The notes beneath the pieces were generated by a model. That model did no database searches. It worked only from the letters and a program-made list of their open reading frames with translations, and was not told the DNA's origin. Source: Minisyncoccota bacterium (GTDB taxonomy: Bacteria; Patescibacteriota; Minisyncoccia; Phycocordibacterales; UBA9973). Taken from it: DNA of 64,000 nucleotides. The stretch's first letter is position 1. The number at the start of each line of letters is the position of its first letter. Location of the stretch: NCBI GenBank assembly GCA_036405895.1, contig DASWWS010000001.1, forward strand, positions 244,468 to 308,467. Direction: 5' to 3'. The position numbers were made by a program, and so were the translations under genes. Shown one piece after another: positions 63,399-64,000 of this stretch.

Positions 63399-64000
63399 TT
63401 AGGAAAGGGTTGCCTTGATGCGGCGAATGCCGGCAGATGATGCCTCTTCTTTGAGGATGCGGAAAGTGCCGAGAGCGCCCGTGTGTTCAACATGTGGGCC
63501 TCCGCAAAATTCTTTTGATACGGCATTGCCGTTTTTATCTTCAATGGAGTACACGCTGACAATATCCGGATACGTTGTGCCAAATTCCATTTCAGCGCCA
63601 ATACTCTCAGCATCTGCTTTTGGCATTTCTCTTCGAACAACGCTGTAGTCGTTTGCAATGATATCGTTTACCCACGCTTCGATGTCGTGTTTTTCTTCTT
63701 CGGTGAGCTTGCGGTCAAGATTAAAGTCGATGCGAAGGCGCTCATCGGTGATGTTTGACCCTTTTTGATGAATATCAGGACTGATAAGAGTTTGAAGCGC
63801 TGCAAGAAGCAGGTGGTGTGCTGTGTGAAGCTTTGTAGTCATCTCTGTAGCACCGGAAAGCCCGCCTTTGAACTTTTGCTCGGCACCCGCGCGCGATGCT
63901 GCCTGGTGCGCCATCATGCGCTCGTTGAATGCCGCAACATCCACTTCCCATTCCTTTTCTTTCGCAAGTTCGAGCGTGAGCTCTATCGGAAAGCCGTAGG
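63399..64000 (-). CDS. alaS: Alanine-tRNA ligase, 3' part (short form ending after the editing domain)
   Basis: Frame open to the window edge: YGFPIELT..., HTAHHLL, QKGS, EFCGGPHV, GIRRIKA*. Confidence 0.95.
   Translation of the reverse strand, partial: YGFPIELTLELAKEKEWEVDVAAFNERMMAHQAASRAGAEQKFKGGLSGATEMTTKLHTAHHLLLAALQTLISPDIHQKGSNITDERLRIDFNLDRKLTEEEKHDIEAWVNDIIANDYSVVRREMPKADAESIGAEMEFGTTYPDIVSVYSIEDKNGNAVSKEFCGGPHVEHTGALGTFRILKEEASSAGIRRIKATLS

Noticed and set aside
1-64000. Alternative genetic code (UGA=Gly) as in Gracilibacteria/Absconditabacteria
   Set aside because: Conserved genes translate full length under code 11, Gly uses GGN codons, and TGA ends ORFs cleanly (e.g. 14278, 15892).
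1-64000. Many overlapping or antisense ORFs in the track (e.g. 3963-4487, 30554-31105, 42691-43314, 47052-47753) and over-extended starts (4955, 17603, 40281, 58980)
   Set aside because: They are shadows of confidently identified genes on the other strand or frame; true starts were reset using protein motifs and -10 spacing.
1-64000. tRNA, tmRNA or rRNA genes
   Set aside because: No cloverleaf or T-loop (GTTCRANNC) pattern seen in the intergenic regions by eye; a tRNAscan-SE/Infernal run would be needed to exclude them fully.

Overview
Chromosomal window of a Patescibacteria (CPR, most likely Parcubacteria) genome, read in genetic code 11. The assignment rests on the compact gene layout, shortened AspRS/AlaRS/L13, tandem type IV pilin-like genes, a PaaX-like regulator and CTxEAKxCPDG-type small proteins. 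Most of the window is housekeeping: rsmI, S41 protease, rplI, rpmA, the scpAB-mraY-ftsW-murG cluster, five aminoacyl-tRNA synthetases, dnaB-recR, grpE/dnaK/dnaJ and the infA-rpmJ-rpsM-rpsK-rpsD-rpoA-rplQ-rplM-rpsI cluster. These are interspersed with AT-rich ORFans. I found no rRNA, tRNA, CRISPR array, transposase or integrase. The best leads are: (1) a coupled four-gene unit encoding a Cys-rich membrane protein, a SpeD-SpeE fusion with an atypical T-S-H cleavage site, a 253-aa unknown and a multi-TM histidine kinase, which may be a signal-synthesis/sensing module; (2) an 11-6-11 dif-like site where gene orientation begins to switch; (3) a lexA operon with two unknown microproteins and a GAAC-N4-GTTC operator inside the promoter spacer; (4) REP-like AGG-ACGGT-CCT hairpins and a ~110-nt nested stem-loop element; (5) a 25-aa K/R-rich microprotein between dnaK and dnaJ that the ORF track missed; (6) a low-GC two-gene island; (7) a widespread leaderless-type promoter layout. 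All family calls come from motif recognition by eye; no searches were run.
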